Shown one piece after another: positions 27,774 to 37,988 of a stretch of DNA of 64,000 nucleotides (position 1 is its first letter; every line of letters starts with the position of its first letter). The notes under the pieces are model-generated. The model was given only the letters and a program-made list of their open reading frames with translations. It searched no databases and was not told where the DNA came from. Location of the stretch: contig JBDLKA010000006.1 of the NCBI GenBank assembly GCA_039714075.1, positions 16,800 to 80,799 on the forward strand, in the 5' to 3' direction. Origin of the DNA: Candidatus Krumholzibacteriota bacterium (GTDB taxonomy: Bacteria; Krumholzibacteriota; Krumholzibacteriia; LZORAL124-64-63). The position numbers and the translations under genes are program-made.

Positions 27774-30053
27774 ATTTCCAGATTGATCCTTTTCTGCACC
27801 CTGATGCTGGCCGGGGCCGCGGGTGTCGATGCAGCCACACCGGCCCTCGAGGACCTCGCCATCACCGTCACCCCCGATCACGGGCGTGAGTACATCTTCA
27901 CCGACAAGGGCGCCGCCCACCTGGCGGGCGAAGCGGTCGGGGTCAATACCCGCAGCTACCACGGTTTCTACATCGCCATGCACGAGGTGGTGGACAGCTG
28001 GAGCCTGCGCCTGGAAGACGGAACCGTAGTCGGACCCGGCACGGTCCAGGAAGCCGTCATCACGCCCGACCGAATGACAAGGCGCCACAAGCTGCCCGAC
28101 GGCGGTGTGGTCACCGAAACGGTGGAGCTCTTCGACCGGGAAAACGGTTTCCGCGTGGTGTACGACGGGGTGCCGGGCGGCAACTTCGAATTTTTGCCCC
28201 TGGTGGACATGCGGTTCCTGTGGAAGACCGGCAAACCCGGGTACGAGGTCCGCTGGGAGGGCGGCAACCTGCTGGTCTGCCGCCAGGACGCCCTGGACAA
28301 GGAGCCGGATCCCGCCCATCCGGCCTGGCTGGCGGTCGCGGTGCGGGGGGCCAATGAATTTCGTACCGACGGACGCCACATCGACACGGTCTACCCCAAG
28401 GGGCAGGCCCGCAAGGCCATGGACCGGACTTCGCCCTATCTGCCGGGGGCCATCCGCGGCCGCATTCCGCCCCGGGTGCCCTCGGGAAAAGTGGAGGCTG
28501 TGTTCGCGGCGGATGTTTCCGCCTCGGGAGCCGCTGAACGGGCCAGCCGGTTGCGGGCGGAAGCCGCCGGCCTGATGACCGCCCGCCGTGAGCGTCTGCA
28601 GAACCTCGTTTCCGCCGCGGCGATCACCACCGGCGTGCCCCGTGACGACCGGGCCCTGGCCTGGGCGCGCGTCTCCCTCGACAACCTCGTCATGAACCAG
28701 CGGGGGCCCGGCATCTACGCGGGGTTCTACTGGTTCACCACCTACTGGGGCCGCGATACGTTCATCACCCTGCCGGGATCGAACATCGTCAGCGGGGATT
28801 TCGAGAACGCGAAGATCCTGCTGCGGTCGTTCGCCGAATTCCAGGACCTGGACCCGGGCAGCAAGCGGCAGGGCCGGGTGCCGAATTTCGTGACCGTGGA
28901 CCAGGTGCAGTACGCCAGCATCGACGGCACCTGGTGGTTCGTCCGCGCCCTGGACGAATTGTGGCGGCAGTCCGGCGATGACGATTTCGCCCGGGAAATG
29001 GCGCCGGTCGTCTTTCGTGCGGTGGCCGGCGCGATCACCCACGCGGTGGATGACCAGATGTTCATCACCCACGGCGACGGCGAGACCTGGATGGACGCCG
29101 GGGGCGAGGACCACCCCTATTCCCCGCGCGGCAATCGCGCGGTCGAAGTCCAGGCGCTGTGGCACCGTGGTCTGTTGACCGCCGCCCGCCTGGCCGATCG
29201 ATTCCCCGAAACCGCCGACCCCGCCTGGGACTACCGCGGCCGGGCCGCCACCCTGGCGGACAATTTCCACCAGAAGTTCTGGACCGACGGCCGGCTGGTC
29301 GATCACCTTAACGTGGACGGTTCGCCCGACACCCAGATCCGGCCCAACGGACTGCTGGCGGTGATGGCTTCGCCCACCCTGTTCACCAGCGACCAACGCA
29401 CCGCGATCACCGAACTGGCGGGCCGTGAACTGGTCATGCCGTGGGGCGTACTGTCGTTGAACCGGGATGATCCCTTTTTCCATCCCAAACATCTGGACCT
29501 GGGCAACTACTACTACGACGAAGCGTATCACAACGGAGATCTGTGGCTCTGGTTGTCGGGCAGTTACGTATCGGCGTTGAACAGCCCGTCCGAGGGGTTC
29601 GGCCAGACCCGCATGCTGCTGGACGAGATCATGGACGAGGGCGCCGTGGGCACGCTGCAGGAAATAAGGGACGGCGCGCAGGCCGCCAGCAACGACGAGT
29701 TCGGCGGCGCCACCAGCCAGGCCTGGTCCCTGGCCGAACTGCTGCGGAACGTGGTGCAGGATTACGCCGGATTGAAGGTGGACCTGACCGCCGATCCGCC
29801 GACGGTCACGCTGCGGCCCTCGGCGCCGGCCGACTGGCAGGATTTGCAGGTCCGCACCCGCATCGGCGAATATCACTGCCTGTTGTCGTGTACTGGAGCG
29901 GAACCCGGAGAGGTGGTCGTCCGTTTCACCAAACGACCACCCCGAAAATGGAAGCTTGTCCTGGAAAAACCGGGCGGCGGGTCGTTGAACGGCACCGTGG
30001 TTGTCGATCGCGACGCCCCCGCAGGTTGGGATTTCCGCATTGATTGGAAGTAG
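27774..30053 (+). CDS. Secreted amylo-alpha-1,6-glucosidase / glycogen-debranching-like (alpha/alpha)6 glycosidase (start ATT 27774 or TTG 27783)
   Basis: AGFYWFTTYWGRDTFITLPG, TWMDA, RAVEVQALW, AYHNG, QAWS motifs; signal peptide. Confidence 0.85.
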   Translation: MSRLILFCTLMLAGAAGVDAATPALEDLAITVTPDHGREYIFTDKGAAHLAGEAVGVNTRSYHGFYIAMHEVVDSWSLRLEDGTVVGPGTVQEAVITPDRMTRRHKLPDGGVVTETVELFDRENGFRVVYDGVPGGNFEFLPLVDMRFLWKTGKPGYEVRWEGGNLLVCRQDALDKEPDPAHPAWLAVAVRGANEFRTDGRHIDTVYPKGQARKAMDRTSPYLPGAIRGRIPPRVPSGKVEAVFAADVSASGAAERASRLRAEAAGLMTARRERLQNLVSAAAITTGVPRDDRALAWARVSLDNLVMNQRGPGIYAGFYWFTTYWGRDTFITLPGSNIVSGDFENAKILLRSFAEFQDLDPGSKRQGRVPNFVTVDQVQYASIDGTWWFVRALDELWRQSGDDDFAREMAPVVFRAVAGAITHAVDDQMFITHGDGETWMDAGGEDHPYSPRGNRAVEVQALWHRGLLTAARLADRFPETADPAWDYRGRAATLADNFHQKFWTDGRLVDHLNVDGSPDTQIRPNGLLAVMASPTLFTSDQRTAITELAGRELVMPWGVLSLNRDDPFFHPKHLDLGNYYYDEAYHNGDLWLWLSGSYVSALNSPSEGFGQTRMLLDEIMDEGAVGTLQEIRDGAQAASNDEFGGATSQAWSLAELLRNVVQDYAGLKVDLTADPPTVTLRPSAPADWQDLQVRTRIGEYHCLLSCTGAEPGEVVVRFTKRPPRKWKLVLEKPGGGSLNGTVVVDRDAPAGWDFRIDWK

Positions 30054-30117
30054 AGTTTTGGAAGTAGAGATCACGTAGGCCGCGAGGCCGTTTCACCCCC
30101 GCAAGGAGAATATCGCC

Positions 30118-30879
30118 GTGAGAAAATTCATAGCCACCGCCCTGCTGTTGAGCCTGGCCGTCGTTTCCCCGTTGGCCGTACAGGCCATGGACGCCGACGA
30201 GCTGATCGCCAAGACCATCGAGGCATCCGGCGGCCTGGAGAAACTCAAATCCGTCGAGACGGTGAAGTTCACCGGCAAGTTCCTGGCCCAGGGCATGGAG
30301 TTTCCCTTCACCATGATCCAGAAACGTCCCGACATGATGAGGATCGATGCCGAAATCATGGGTGCGACCATGGTCCAGTGCTATTCCGGGGAAAAAGGCT
30401 GGACCATCAATCCGATGACCGGATCGACCGACCCCCAGCCCATGAGCGGGATCGAGGAGAAGAGCTTCAAGTTGCAGTCCGACATGGACGGGCCGCTGAT
30501 CGACTACGCCGACAAGGGTTACACCGTGGAGTACGTCGGTGAAGAAGAGGTCGAGGGAACGCCCGCCCATCGATTGAAAGTGGACACCAACGACGGCATC
30601 GTCATGGACGTGTTCATGGACGCCGAATATTTCCTGGTCATCAAGAGCTCCAACAAGCTGACCGTGGACGAGAACGAGTTCGAAACCCAGACCTACATGA
30701 GCGACTTCCAGGAGGTCGAGGGGCTGGTCATTCCCTTCGCCATCGAAACGCGGTCCGGCGACGCGGTCATGAACCAGATCATGATGGAAAAGGCCGAATA
30801 CGGCGTCGAGGTGGATGACTCCCTTTTCGCCATGCCGGAAGTGCCGGCGGCACCGAGTGGGTTGGAGAAGGTGGAATAG
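30118..30879 (+). CDS. Outer-membrane lipoprotein-sorting (LolA-like) protein
   Basis: ADELIAKTIEASGGLEKLKSV, DMDGPLIDY, DFQEVEGLVIPF. Confidence 0.75.
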   Translation: MRKFIATALLLSLAVVSPLAVQAMDADELIAKTIEASGGLEKLKSVETVKFTGKFLAQGMEFPFTMIQKRPDMMRIDAEIMGATMVQCYSGEKGWTINPMTGSTDPQPMSGIEEKSFKLQSDMDGPLIDYADKGYTVEYVGEEEVEGTPAHRLKVDTNDGIVMDVFMDAEYFLVIKSSNKLTVDENEFETQTYMSDFQEVEGLVIPFAIETRSGDAVMNQIMMEKAEYGVEVDDSLFAMPEVPAAPSGLEKVE

Positions 30880-30936
30880 TTCCGGCCACATAACGGGCCC
30901 CGAAATGGACAACAGTTTTAACAGAGGAGATTTCCC

Positions 30937-33900
30937 GTGCGAACGTCCCTTCTTGTCCTCGGATTGTTGATGCTGTTGCCCGTTTCGGGCTGGACTCAGG
31001 ATACCGTTGAACAGGGGATCGATATCGGTCCCCATGTTTTTGGCGCCATGCGGGCCCGCGGCATCGGGCCGGCGGTGATGAGCGGCCGGATTTCGGCCCT
31101 GGACGTGGTCGATTCCGACCCACGGATCATCTACGCGGGGGCCGCATCGGGCGGCGTGTGGAAAAGCAGGAACGGCGGCGTGAATTTCCGTCCGGTCTTC
31201 GATGATCACAATCAGTGCATCGGGGCCATCGCCGTCGACCAAGCCCATCCGGACACGGTCTGGGTCGGCACCGGCGAAGTGTGGGTGCGCAACAGCGTCT
31301 CGGTGGGTGATGGTCTGTACCGCACCTACGACGGCGGGGACAAGTGGGAACGGGTGGGCCTGGAGAACACCGAGCGCATCGGCGAGATCATCGTCCACCC
31401 CACCAATCCGGAAATTGTCTATGTCGCGGCCCTGGGCCATCTGTGGGACGCCAACGAAGAGCGCGGCCTGTTCAAGACCAGTGACGGCGGGGCCACCTGG
31501 GAAAAGATCCTTTACGTGGACGAGAACACCGGGTGCGCGGATATCGCGATCGATCCCCGCGATCCGGACGTTCTGTACGCCGCCATGTGGCAGTTCCGCC
31601 GGCGGCCGGATTTTTTCAAGTCCGGCGGCCCGGGCAGCGGCCTGTACAAGAGCACCGACGGCGGCATGAACTGGCGAAAACTGGAAGAGGGTTTGCCCGC
31701 GGGCGAGTTGGGGCGCATCGCCCTGGCGGTGGCTCCAGCGGAACCCGACCGGATCTACGCCGTGGTCGAGGCCGCCGAGTCGGCGCTGTACCGCTCCGAC
31801 GACCAGGGCGAGACCTGGGAGAGAAAGAACACCCAGAAGGCGGTCAAGGGGCGCCCGTTCTATTTCAGCCTGTTGGTTCCCGACCCGGTGGATCCCGACC
31901 GCCTCTTCAAAACCAGTACCGGTCTGTTGATGAGCCGGAACGGGGGCAAGACCTTCTCCAGCGTCGGCGGCTGGGTCCATGCGGATTATCACGCCCTGTG
32001 GATCAATCCGGCCGATCCCAACAACATCATCGCCGGTACCGACGGGGGCCTCTACATCACCCGCAACCGGGGTGGCGGCTGGCAGCATGTGACCAATCTG
32101 CCGGTCTCCCAGTTCTACCGCGTGGCGGTGGACGACCGCCGGCCGTACCACGTTTATGGCGGGTTGCAGGACAACGGATCCTGGACCGCGCCTTCCAGGG
32201 CGCGGGGCGGCATCGAAAACTCCGACTGGGAAAACCTCGGGGGCGGCGATGGTTTCGCCGTCGCCATTGACCGCGCCGATCCCGACATCATCTACTGGGA
32301 GTGGCAGGGCGGAAACATCAACCGCCGCGATCTGCGCACGGGTGAAAACAAGGACATCAAGCCGCAGCCCGAGCAGGGCGATCCCGATTTCCGTTTCAAC
32401 TGGAACACGCCCATCGTTCTGAGTCCCAACGATGAGAGCAGACTGTACGCGGGCTCCCAGTTTCTGCACCGCTCCACCGACCGGGGAGAATCCTGGGAAA
32501 AGATTTCGGGCGATCTGACCACCGACGATCCGGACAAGCAGCGGCAGACCGAATCGGGCGGGCTGACGATCGACAACACCAACGCCGAAACACATTGCAC
32601 GATCTTCACGATCAGCGAGTCCCCCCTGGACAAGAGTGTGATCTGGGTCGGCACCGACGACGGCAACATCCAGGTCACCGATAACGGCGGGAAGGAATGG
32701 CGGCTGGCCAGCGGCGGCATCGAGGGGTTGCCGGACGGCACCTGGGTCAGCTGCATTGAAAGTTCAGGGCATGATCGCGAAACCGCCTTCGTCACGTTCG
32801 ACGGCCACCGCACCGGCGACATGGCGCCGCATGTGTACGTCACCCAAGACCTGGGCAAAACCTGGCGCTCGATAACGACGGATGACATTGTCGGGTATGC
32901 CCACGTGATCAGGCAGGACCCCGTCAATGCCGACCTCCTGTTCCTCGGTACGGAATTCGGCCTGTTCATCACCCTGGACGGGGGGCTGCACTGGGCCAGG
33001 TTCGAGGAGGAGTTCCCGCCCGTATCGGTCCGGGACATGGTGATCCAGGCAAGGGATTCGGCCCTGGTGATGGGTACGCACGGGCGGGGCATCCAGATCA
33101 TCGACGACATCCGGATCCTGCGCCAGTTGACCACCGAAACCCTGACCGCCGACGTGGCGCTGCTCGACTCCAGAGCAGCGGCCCTGCGCACGCCCCAGTG
33201 GAAACAGCATTCCCCGGGCAACAACTACTTCGTGGCGGGCAATCCGAGCTCGGCGGCGGGGATCGTCTACTTCCTGAAAAAGCGACACATGTTCGGGGAA
33301 ATGAAACTGGAGATCTTCACCCCCGAGGGCGAACTGCTGAAGGTCCTGCCCGGCGGCAAGCGCAAGGGCCTGAACTTCGTGCGGTGGTCGCCGCGGTTGA
33401 AGCCGCCCAAGGTGGCTCCGTCGCCGACTTTGAACCCGTCCCTTTCCTTTGCCGCCGCTTTCGGTCCGGCCGCGCCCGAGGGGACCTACACCTACCGCCT
33501 GACCAAGGGCAAGGATGTCTACGAAGGCACGGTGGACGTGGGTTATGACCAGGATTTCCCCCACGCGGTCAAGGAAAGAGCCCTCCAGCAGCAGACCGTG
33601 GGCGAATTGTATGAGCTTTTGGGCCGGTTGGCCTACTTGGCCGAGGCCGCTGACGGTGTTCGCCATGGTGCCCGCGATCGGGCCGGCCTTTTGAAAGAAG
33701 ATGGCACGTTGAGCACGCGGCTGCTGTCTTTTGCCAGCGATATTGAGGAAGTGCACAACGGTTTCATGGTTTCGGGCGAGATCCAGGGCATCAGCGGTCA
33801 AAGGAAGACCTGGGAGAAGATGTTGCGGCTGTACGGGTCGGTCAGCGCATACGGTGGGCGGCCGACGGCGTCACAGCTGGCCCGTTTGGCGGTCCTGCGT

Positions 33901-34041
33901 GGCGAGATCGAGGTGACTGAAACGGATTTCCACGAACTCATCCGTGCCAATCTGGAAGACCTGAACGGGAAGTTGGCGGACCAGGAATTGGAGCCCATCC
34001 ACCTGCTGACTGAAGAAGAGTTTGCAGCCAGGGGAGATTAG
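30937..34041 (+). CDS. Secreted sortilin/VPS10-like BNR-repeat (glycosyl hydrolase-like) protein
   Basis: RGIGPAVMSGRI, repeated S/TxDGGxxW Asp-boxes, YGGLQDNGSW. Confidence 0.88.
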   Translation: MRTSLLVLGLLMLLPVSGWTQDTVEQGIDIGPHVFGAMRARGIGPAVMSGRISALDVVDSDPRIIYAGAASGGVWKSRNGGVNFRPVFDDHNQCIGAIAVDQAHPDTVWVGTGEVWVRNSVSVGDGLYRTYDGGDKWERVGLENTERIGEIIVHPTNPEIVYVAALGHLWDANEERGLFKTSDGGATWEKILYVDENTGCADIAIDPRDPDVLYAAMWQFRRRPDFFKSGGPGSGLYKSTDGGMNWRKLEEGLPAGELGRIALAVAPAEPDRIYAVVEAAESALYRSDDQGETWERKNTQKAVKGRPFYFSLLVPDPVDPDRLFKTSTGLLMSRNGGKTFSSVGGWVHADYHALWINPADPNNIIAGTDGGLYITRNRGGGWQHVTNLPVSQFYRVAVDDRRPYHVYGGLQDNGSWTAPSRARGGIENSDWENLGGGDGFAVAIDRADPDIIYWEWQGGNINRRDLRTGENKDIKPQPEQGDPDFRFNWNTPIVLSPNDESRLYAGSQFLHRSTDRGESWEKISGDLTTDDPDKQRQTESGGLTIDNTNAETHCTIFTISESPLDKSVIWVGTDDGNIQVTDNGGKEWRLASGGIEGLPDGTWVSCIESSGHDRETAFVTFDGHRTGDMAPHVYVTQDLGKTWRSITTDDIVGYAHVIRQDPVNADLLFLGTEFGLFITLDGGLHWARFEEEFPPVSVRDMVIQARDSALVMGTHGRGIQIIDDIRILRQLTTETLTADVALLDSRAAALRTPQWKQHSPGNNYFVAGNPSSAAGIVYFLKKRHMFGEMKLEIFTPEGELLKVLPGGKRKGLNFVRWSPRLKPPKVAPSPTLNPSLSFAAAFGPAAPEGTYTYRLTKGKDVYEGTVDVGYDQDFPHAVKERALQQQTVGELYELLGRLAYLAEAADGVRHGARDRAGLLKEDGTLSTRLLSFASDIEEVHNGFMVSGEIQGISGQRKTWEKMLRLYGSVSAYGGRPTASQLARLAVLRGEIEVTETDFHELIRANLEDLNGKLADQELEPIHLLTEEEFAARGD

Positions 34042-34063
34042 CGGGCAGGCCAATCTCCCCTGG
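34028..34063. terminator. Hairpin between convergent genes
   Basis: CCAGGGGAGATT...AATCTCCCCTGG 12-bp stem. Confidence 0.55.
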
Positions 34064-34087
34064 GCAATGTTCCGTTGAACCGTGCTT

Positions 34088-34966
34088 CTACTCCGCTTTC
34101 GGCCCAAGCTTGACGACCAGCGCCAGGGTAAAGATCGTATCCATCTTCTTCAACGGAGTGGTCACGTTTTCCCCGGTGGGAACCCCGGCCCCATCCAGCA
34201 GGGGAACCGTGGTCAGGGCCGGCTGGTTGCGCCACAACATCTGGAGCGCGGGCTTCAGCTGGAGGGTCTCGCTGATGGCGACGGGCAGGGAATTGTACCA
34301 GTCGAAGCGAAGGTCGTCCGAATTGTCCAGGTTCCAGTCGCCGACCAGGGTGCTCTCGAAATTCGTGGTGCCGGACAGCTGGAGCTTCAGGTCGTAACCG
34401 AAACGAAAGCCGGGAAAATCGGATTTCACGAAGGGGTTTTCCACCACGTCTTCCTGGAACGTGTAGGTCAGGGAATAAAAGGTCTTGAGTTTGAGCTTGT
34501 CGGTGTCTTTCCAGTTGTTGCCCGCGCCCAGGGCGATAAGGAACCGACTGTCGATCCCGGCAAAGCGATTGGCCAGCCAGTCGACACCCGAGTAGACGAA
34601 AAATTTCGGACTGATGGAATATTGATACCAACCCCGGGCAAAATATATTTCGGCGGTTTTGGTGGTGACCTTGTCTTCCAGAATCTGATAATCGGTGGGG
34701 GTGCCTTGCGCGGTCCGCGTGAGGAGCGAGGATTCGGTTTGTGTCGCGCCGCCGGTGAAGGTCAACTCGGACTGCGACCAAACACGACGCAGTTTGGCTC
34801 CCAGCCCCAAGGTGCTGGATTCCGAGTTGCCGGCCGTCATGACCTGGGCCAGTTCCGCATCCAGATACCATCCCGGAATTTCCTCGCCGGCCATTGCCGG
34901 GGCGGCGCCCGCCAGGATCGAAATCGTAACCATGGCTGCCAAAGAAACGCTCCGGAATCCATGCAT
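34088..34966 (-). CDS. DUF481-like outer-membrane beta-barrel protein
   Basis: Signal peptide; TAGNSESSTLG; NRFAGIDSR; amphipathic strands; RBS GGAGG. Confidence 0.75.
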   Translation of the reverse strand: MHGFRSVSLAAMVTISILAGAAPAMAGEEIPGWYLDAELAQVMTAGNSESSTLGLGAKLRRVWSQSELTFTGGATQTESSLLTRTAQGTPTDYQILEDKVTTKTAEIYFARGWYQYSISPKFFVYSGVDWLANRFAGIDSRFLIALGAGNNWKDTDKLKLKTFYSLTYTFQEDVVENPFVKSDFPGFRFGYDLKLQLSGTTNFESTLVGDWNLDNSDDLRFDWYNSLPVAISETLQLKPALQMLWRNQPALTTVPLLDGAGVPTGENVTTPLKKMDTIFTLALVVKLGPKAE

Positions 34967-35232
34967 TATCGTTGCCTCCATGTTGGGTGCTGAAACATCA
35001 AATCGGGTTCGGTTACCTGACGGGGAATCCCAACCCCTCGGCGGGGTCCCCGGGACCTACCGACCCTTTGGACACTTGGATTGTTGCGAAAATACAAACT
35101 ATCAGGAATTGAAAAATGCGTCTCCTAAAAACTGACAAAACAATTAACCACCTGTAAACAAATAAGTTAAAAACGGAGTAAACCGGAGGGATAATCCCCT
35201 CGGAAAATAATGAAAAACGCCCTGTTTATTTC

Positions 35233-35261
35233 TTGACATCAACTGTTTAAATTAAAACATT
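35233..35261 (+). promoter_or_regulatory. Candidate promoter/operator of the group 3b hydrogenase operon
   Basis: TTGACA at 35233 with TGTTT-N6-AAACA palindrome overlapping the spacer/-10 region. Confidence 0.45.
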
Positions 35262-35352
35262 TATCCCAAATCAACCGGTTGTGGATTAAGGGTTACCGGT
35301 TGACGCTCTTTCAGGAGTCGCCCACCGCGGCTCAACCTGGAGGGTCCTTTTC

Positions 35353-36375
35353 ATGGTCCAATTCTACCTTGAAGACGAACGGATTACCGAATTCGTCGCC
35401 CACCTCATGAACCGTCATCCGGTTTACGCGCCGCACCGCAAGGGAGAGAAATCCTTTTCTTTCGAGCGTACGGAAAACGCGGCCGACGTGGTTCTGGATT
35501 ACCCGCGCACCATGCACTCGGTGAAGAAATTCTTCCTGCCGCCGCGCGAGGAACTGCTCAGCTTCGACCTCGAGGAAAACGATTTTCAGACAGCGGACAT
35601 TCCAACCTCCGCGGCTGTCTTCCTCGGTGTCCATTCCTATGACCTGGCGGCGGTCGGCAGGCTGGACTACAACTTCACCGTCGGCAGTCCGGAACGGAAC
35701 TACCTGACGCGCCGGCAGGACGCCGTCTTCATCGGCGTTTCCTTCGAGCCGGACGCGTATCACTTCTCCGGCTCGGTCGGCATTCGCCCCGAGGACAGCA
35801 CCGGTTGCGACATCTTCTTGACCAGGCTGTTCGACGGGTACGTCCTGGAGGTTCTCACGCCCAAGGGCCAGGAGCTCTTGGAGGGACTGGACCTGCCGGC
35901 CCATGACGCGGGCAAACCGGTCACCGGCCATTTCCAGCAGCACATTTTCGTGCCGCAGGCCAAGTTGGGCGAGATCATGGAACGCAGCTACGACAATGCC
36001 GTCTGGGAAGAAACGGCGGAAAAATGCGTCGGCTGCGGCACGTGCAACCTGGTCTGCCCGACCTGCTACTGCTTCAACGTCGAGGAAAACGTGGACATCA
36101 CGGTGACCAAGGGCAGCCGCGAGCGCCACTGGGACGGCTGCATGCTGCGCAAGTTTTCCGAGGTTGCCGGCGGCGAGGTGTTCCGCGAATCGCTGGCCTC
36201 CCGGCAGCGGCACCGTGTGTTCCGGAAATTCAAGTACATCAGCGACCAGACGGGGCAGCCGTGGTGCGTGGGGTGCGGACGTTGCACCGCCTACTGCACC
36301 GCCGGCATCAGCATCGTCAGCATCGTCAACAGGCTCATCGGAGACTACGAACGCGCCGCCGTGGCGCCGGTATAG
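35353..36375 (+). CDS. hydB: Group 3b NiFe sulfhydrogenase beta subunit (4Fe-4S dicluster, AsrA-like)
   Basis: CVGCGTCNLVCPTCYCF and CVGCGRCTAYC. Confidence 0.88.
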   Translation: MVQFYLEDERITEFVAHLMNRHPVYAPHRKGEKSFSFERTENAADVVLDYPRTMHSVKKFFLPPREELLSFDLEENDFQTADIPTSAAVFLGVHSYDLAAVGRLDYNFTVGSPERNYLTRRQDAVFIGVSFEPDAYHFSGSVGIRPEDSTGCDIFLTRLFDGYVLEVLTPKGQELLEGLDLPAHDAGKPVTGHFQQHIFVPQAKLGEIMERSYDNAVWEETAEKCVGCGTCNLVCPTCYCFNVEENVDITVTKGSRERHWDGCMLRKFSEVAGGEVFRESLASRQRHRVFRKFKYISDQTGQPWCVGCGRCTAYCTAGISIVSIVNRLIGDYERAAVAPV

Positions 36376-36387
36376 GGGAGGTCGGAC

Positions 36388-37239
36388 ATGAATCTCAGCG
36401 AGTTGAAGACACCCGCCGAACTGGAAGACCTCTACCAGCCGGTGATGGCCCAGATCAAGGAAGTCAAAAGACTGTCGGCCATGGAGACCTACTACCGGGT
36501 CGAACTTCCCGGCGGCGAGGAACTGGGCCACGTGCCGGGCCAGTTCGTGGAACTGTCCATATTCGGCGTGGGCGAGGCGCCGTTTTCGGTCTCCTCGTCC
36601 CCCACGTTGAAGGGATCGTTCGAACTGGGGGTGCGGCGCGCGGGCATGTTGACCGACGTTCTGCTGCGCCAGCAGCCGGGCACGAAAATCGGCATCCGCG
36701 GGCCCTTCGGCAACGGCATCGACGTCGAGAAGTTCAAGGGCAAGGACGTGCTGATCGTCGCGGGCGGCATCGGACTGGTGCCCATGCGGTCTATGATCAA
36801 CTACGTCATCGACAACCGGGACCAGTTCGGCAAGCTGATCATCTGCTACGGCAGCAAGACCGATCAGGATCTGCTGTTCACCGACGAGCTGTCCCGGTGG
36901 GAAAAGGATCCCTCCATCGACTACCGCGTCACCGTGGACCAGGGCTCGGGTTCATGGCAGGGAAACACCGGCGTGATCACCACGTTGATTCCCGGCCTGG
37001 ACCTGGATCTGCCCAACACCGTGTGCTGCATCTGCGGACCGCCGGTCATGTACCGTTTCGTCCTGCTGTCGCTGAAGTCGAAAGGCCTGGCGGACGAGAA
37101 CATCTACATGTCGCTCGAACGGCGCATGAAGTGCGGCGTGGGCAAGTGCGGGCACTGCCAGATCAATCATTCCTACGTCTGCCAGGACGGTCCGGTCTAC
37201 CACTACCCAGACATCAAGTCGTTGCAGGAGGCGTTGTGA
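36388..37239 (+). CDS. hydG: Sulfhydrogenase gamma subunit (FAD/NAD(P)-binding, 2Fe-2S)
   Basis: PGQFV, RGPFGNG, AGGIGLVP, ERRMKCGVGKCGHC. Confidence 0.9.
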   Translation: MNLSELKTPAELEDLYQPVMAQIKEVKRLSAMETYYRVELPGGEELGHVPGQFVELSIFGVGEAPFSVSSSPTLKGSFELGVRRAGMLTDVLLRQQPGTKIGIRGPFGNGIDVEKFKGKDVLIVAGGIGLVPMRSMINYVIDNRDQFGKLIICYGSKTDQDLLFTDELSRWEKDPSIDYRVTVDQGSGSWQGNTGVITTLIPGLDLDLPNTVCCICGPPVMYRFVLLSLKSKGLADENIYMSLERRMKCGVGKCGHCQINHSYVCQDGPVYHYPDIKSLQEAL

Positions 37240-37988
37240 TGGCCGACAAACCCCGTGTCGCGATTTTCGACTTCACCGGCTGCGAAGGCTGCGAGCTGAA
37301 CCAGCTGAACTTCGAGGACCAGCTGCTGGACATCCTGGCCCACGTCGACATCGTCGAGTGGCGCGAGGCCATGGACGGCCAGGTGGACGAATATGACATC
37401 GCCTTTGTCGAGGGTTCGCTCTCGACGCCCGACTGCATCAACCGGATCAACGAGGTGCGCCGCAAGGCCAAGGTCCTGGTCGCCCTCGGCGCCTGCGCGG
37501 TGCAGGGCGGGGTCAACGGCATGAAGAACACCCGGCCCATTGAGGAGGTGCGCCAGGAGGTCTACGGGGACCAGAAATACCTGTTCCCGACCCTGCCGGC
37601 GCTGCCGCTGTCGTCGGTGGTCAAGGTGGACTACAACGTGCGCGGCTGCCCCATGACCCAGGTCGAATTCCTGAAGGTCTTCACCTCCCTGGTCATGGGC
37701 AAGGAGCCCATCGAGCCGGACCATTCGGTCTGCGTGGATTGCAAGCTCAAGGAAAACGAGTGCGTCTACGAGAAGGGCATGATTTGCCTGGGCCCGGTGA
37801 CCCGCGCCGGCTGCGAGGCCCAGTGCCCCAGCGTCGGACAGTACTGCACCGGCTGCCGGGGTCTGGTCACCGAGCCCAATCTCAAGGGCATGGAAGACAT
37901 CCTGGTCGAACACGGCCTGAGCGTGGACGAGGCCTGGAAACGGCTCGAACTCTACAACGCCAACCATCTGGAGGGGGTGCGCCCATGA
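37239..37988 (+). CDS. hydD: Group 3b NiFe hydrogenase small (delta) subunit
   Basis: FTGCEGCEL, ALGACA, RGCP, CVDC...CLGPVTRAGCEAQCP...CTGCRG. Confidence 0.9.
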   Translation: MADKPRVAIFDFTGCEGCELNQLNFEDQLLDILAHVDIVEWREAMDGQVDEYDIAFVEGSLSTPDCINRINEVRRKAKVLVALGACAVQGGVNGMKNTRPIEEVRQEVYGDQKYLFPTLPALPLSSVVKVDYNVRGCPMTQVEFLKVFTSLVMGKEPIEPDHSVCVDCKLKENECVYEKGMICLGPVTRAGCEAQCPSVGQYCTGCRGLVTEPNLKGMEDILVEHGLSVDEAWKRLELYNANHLEGVRP

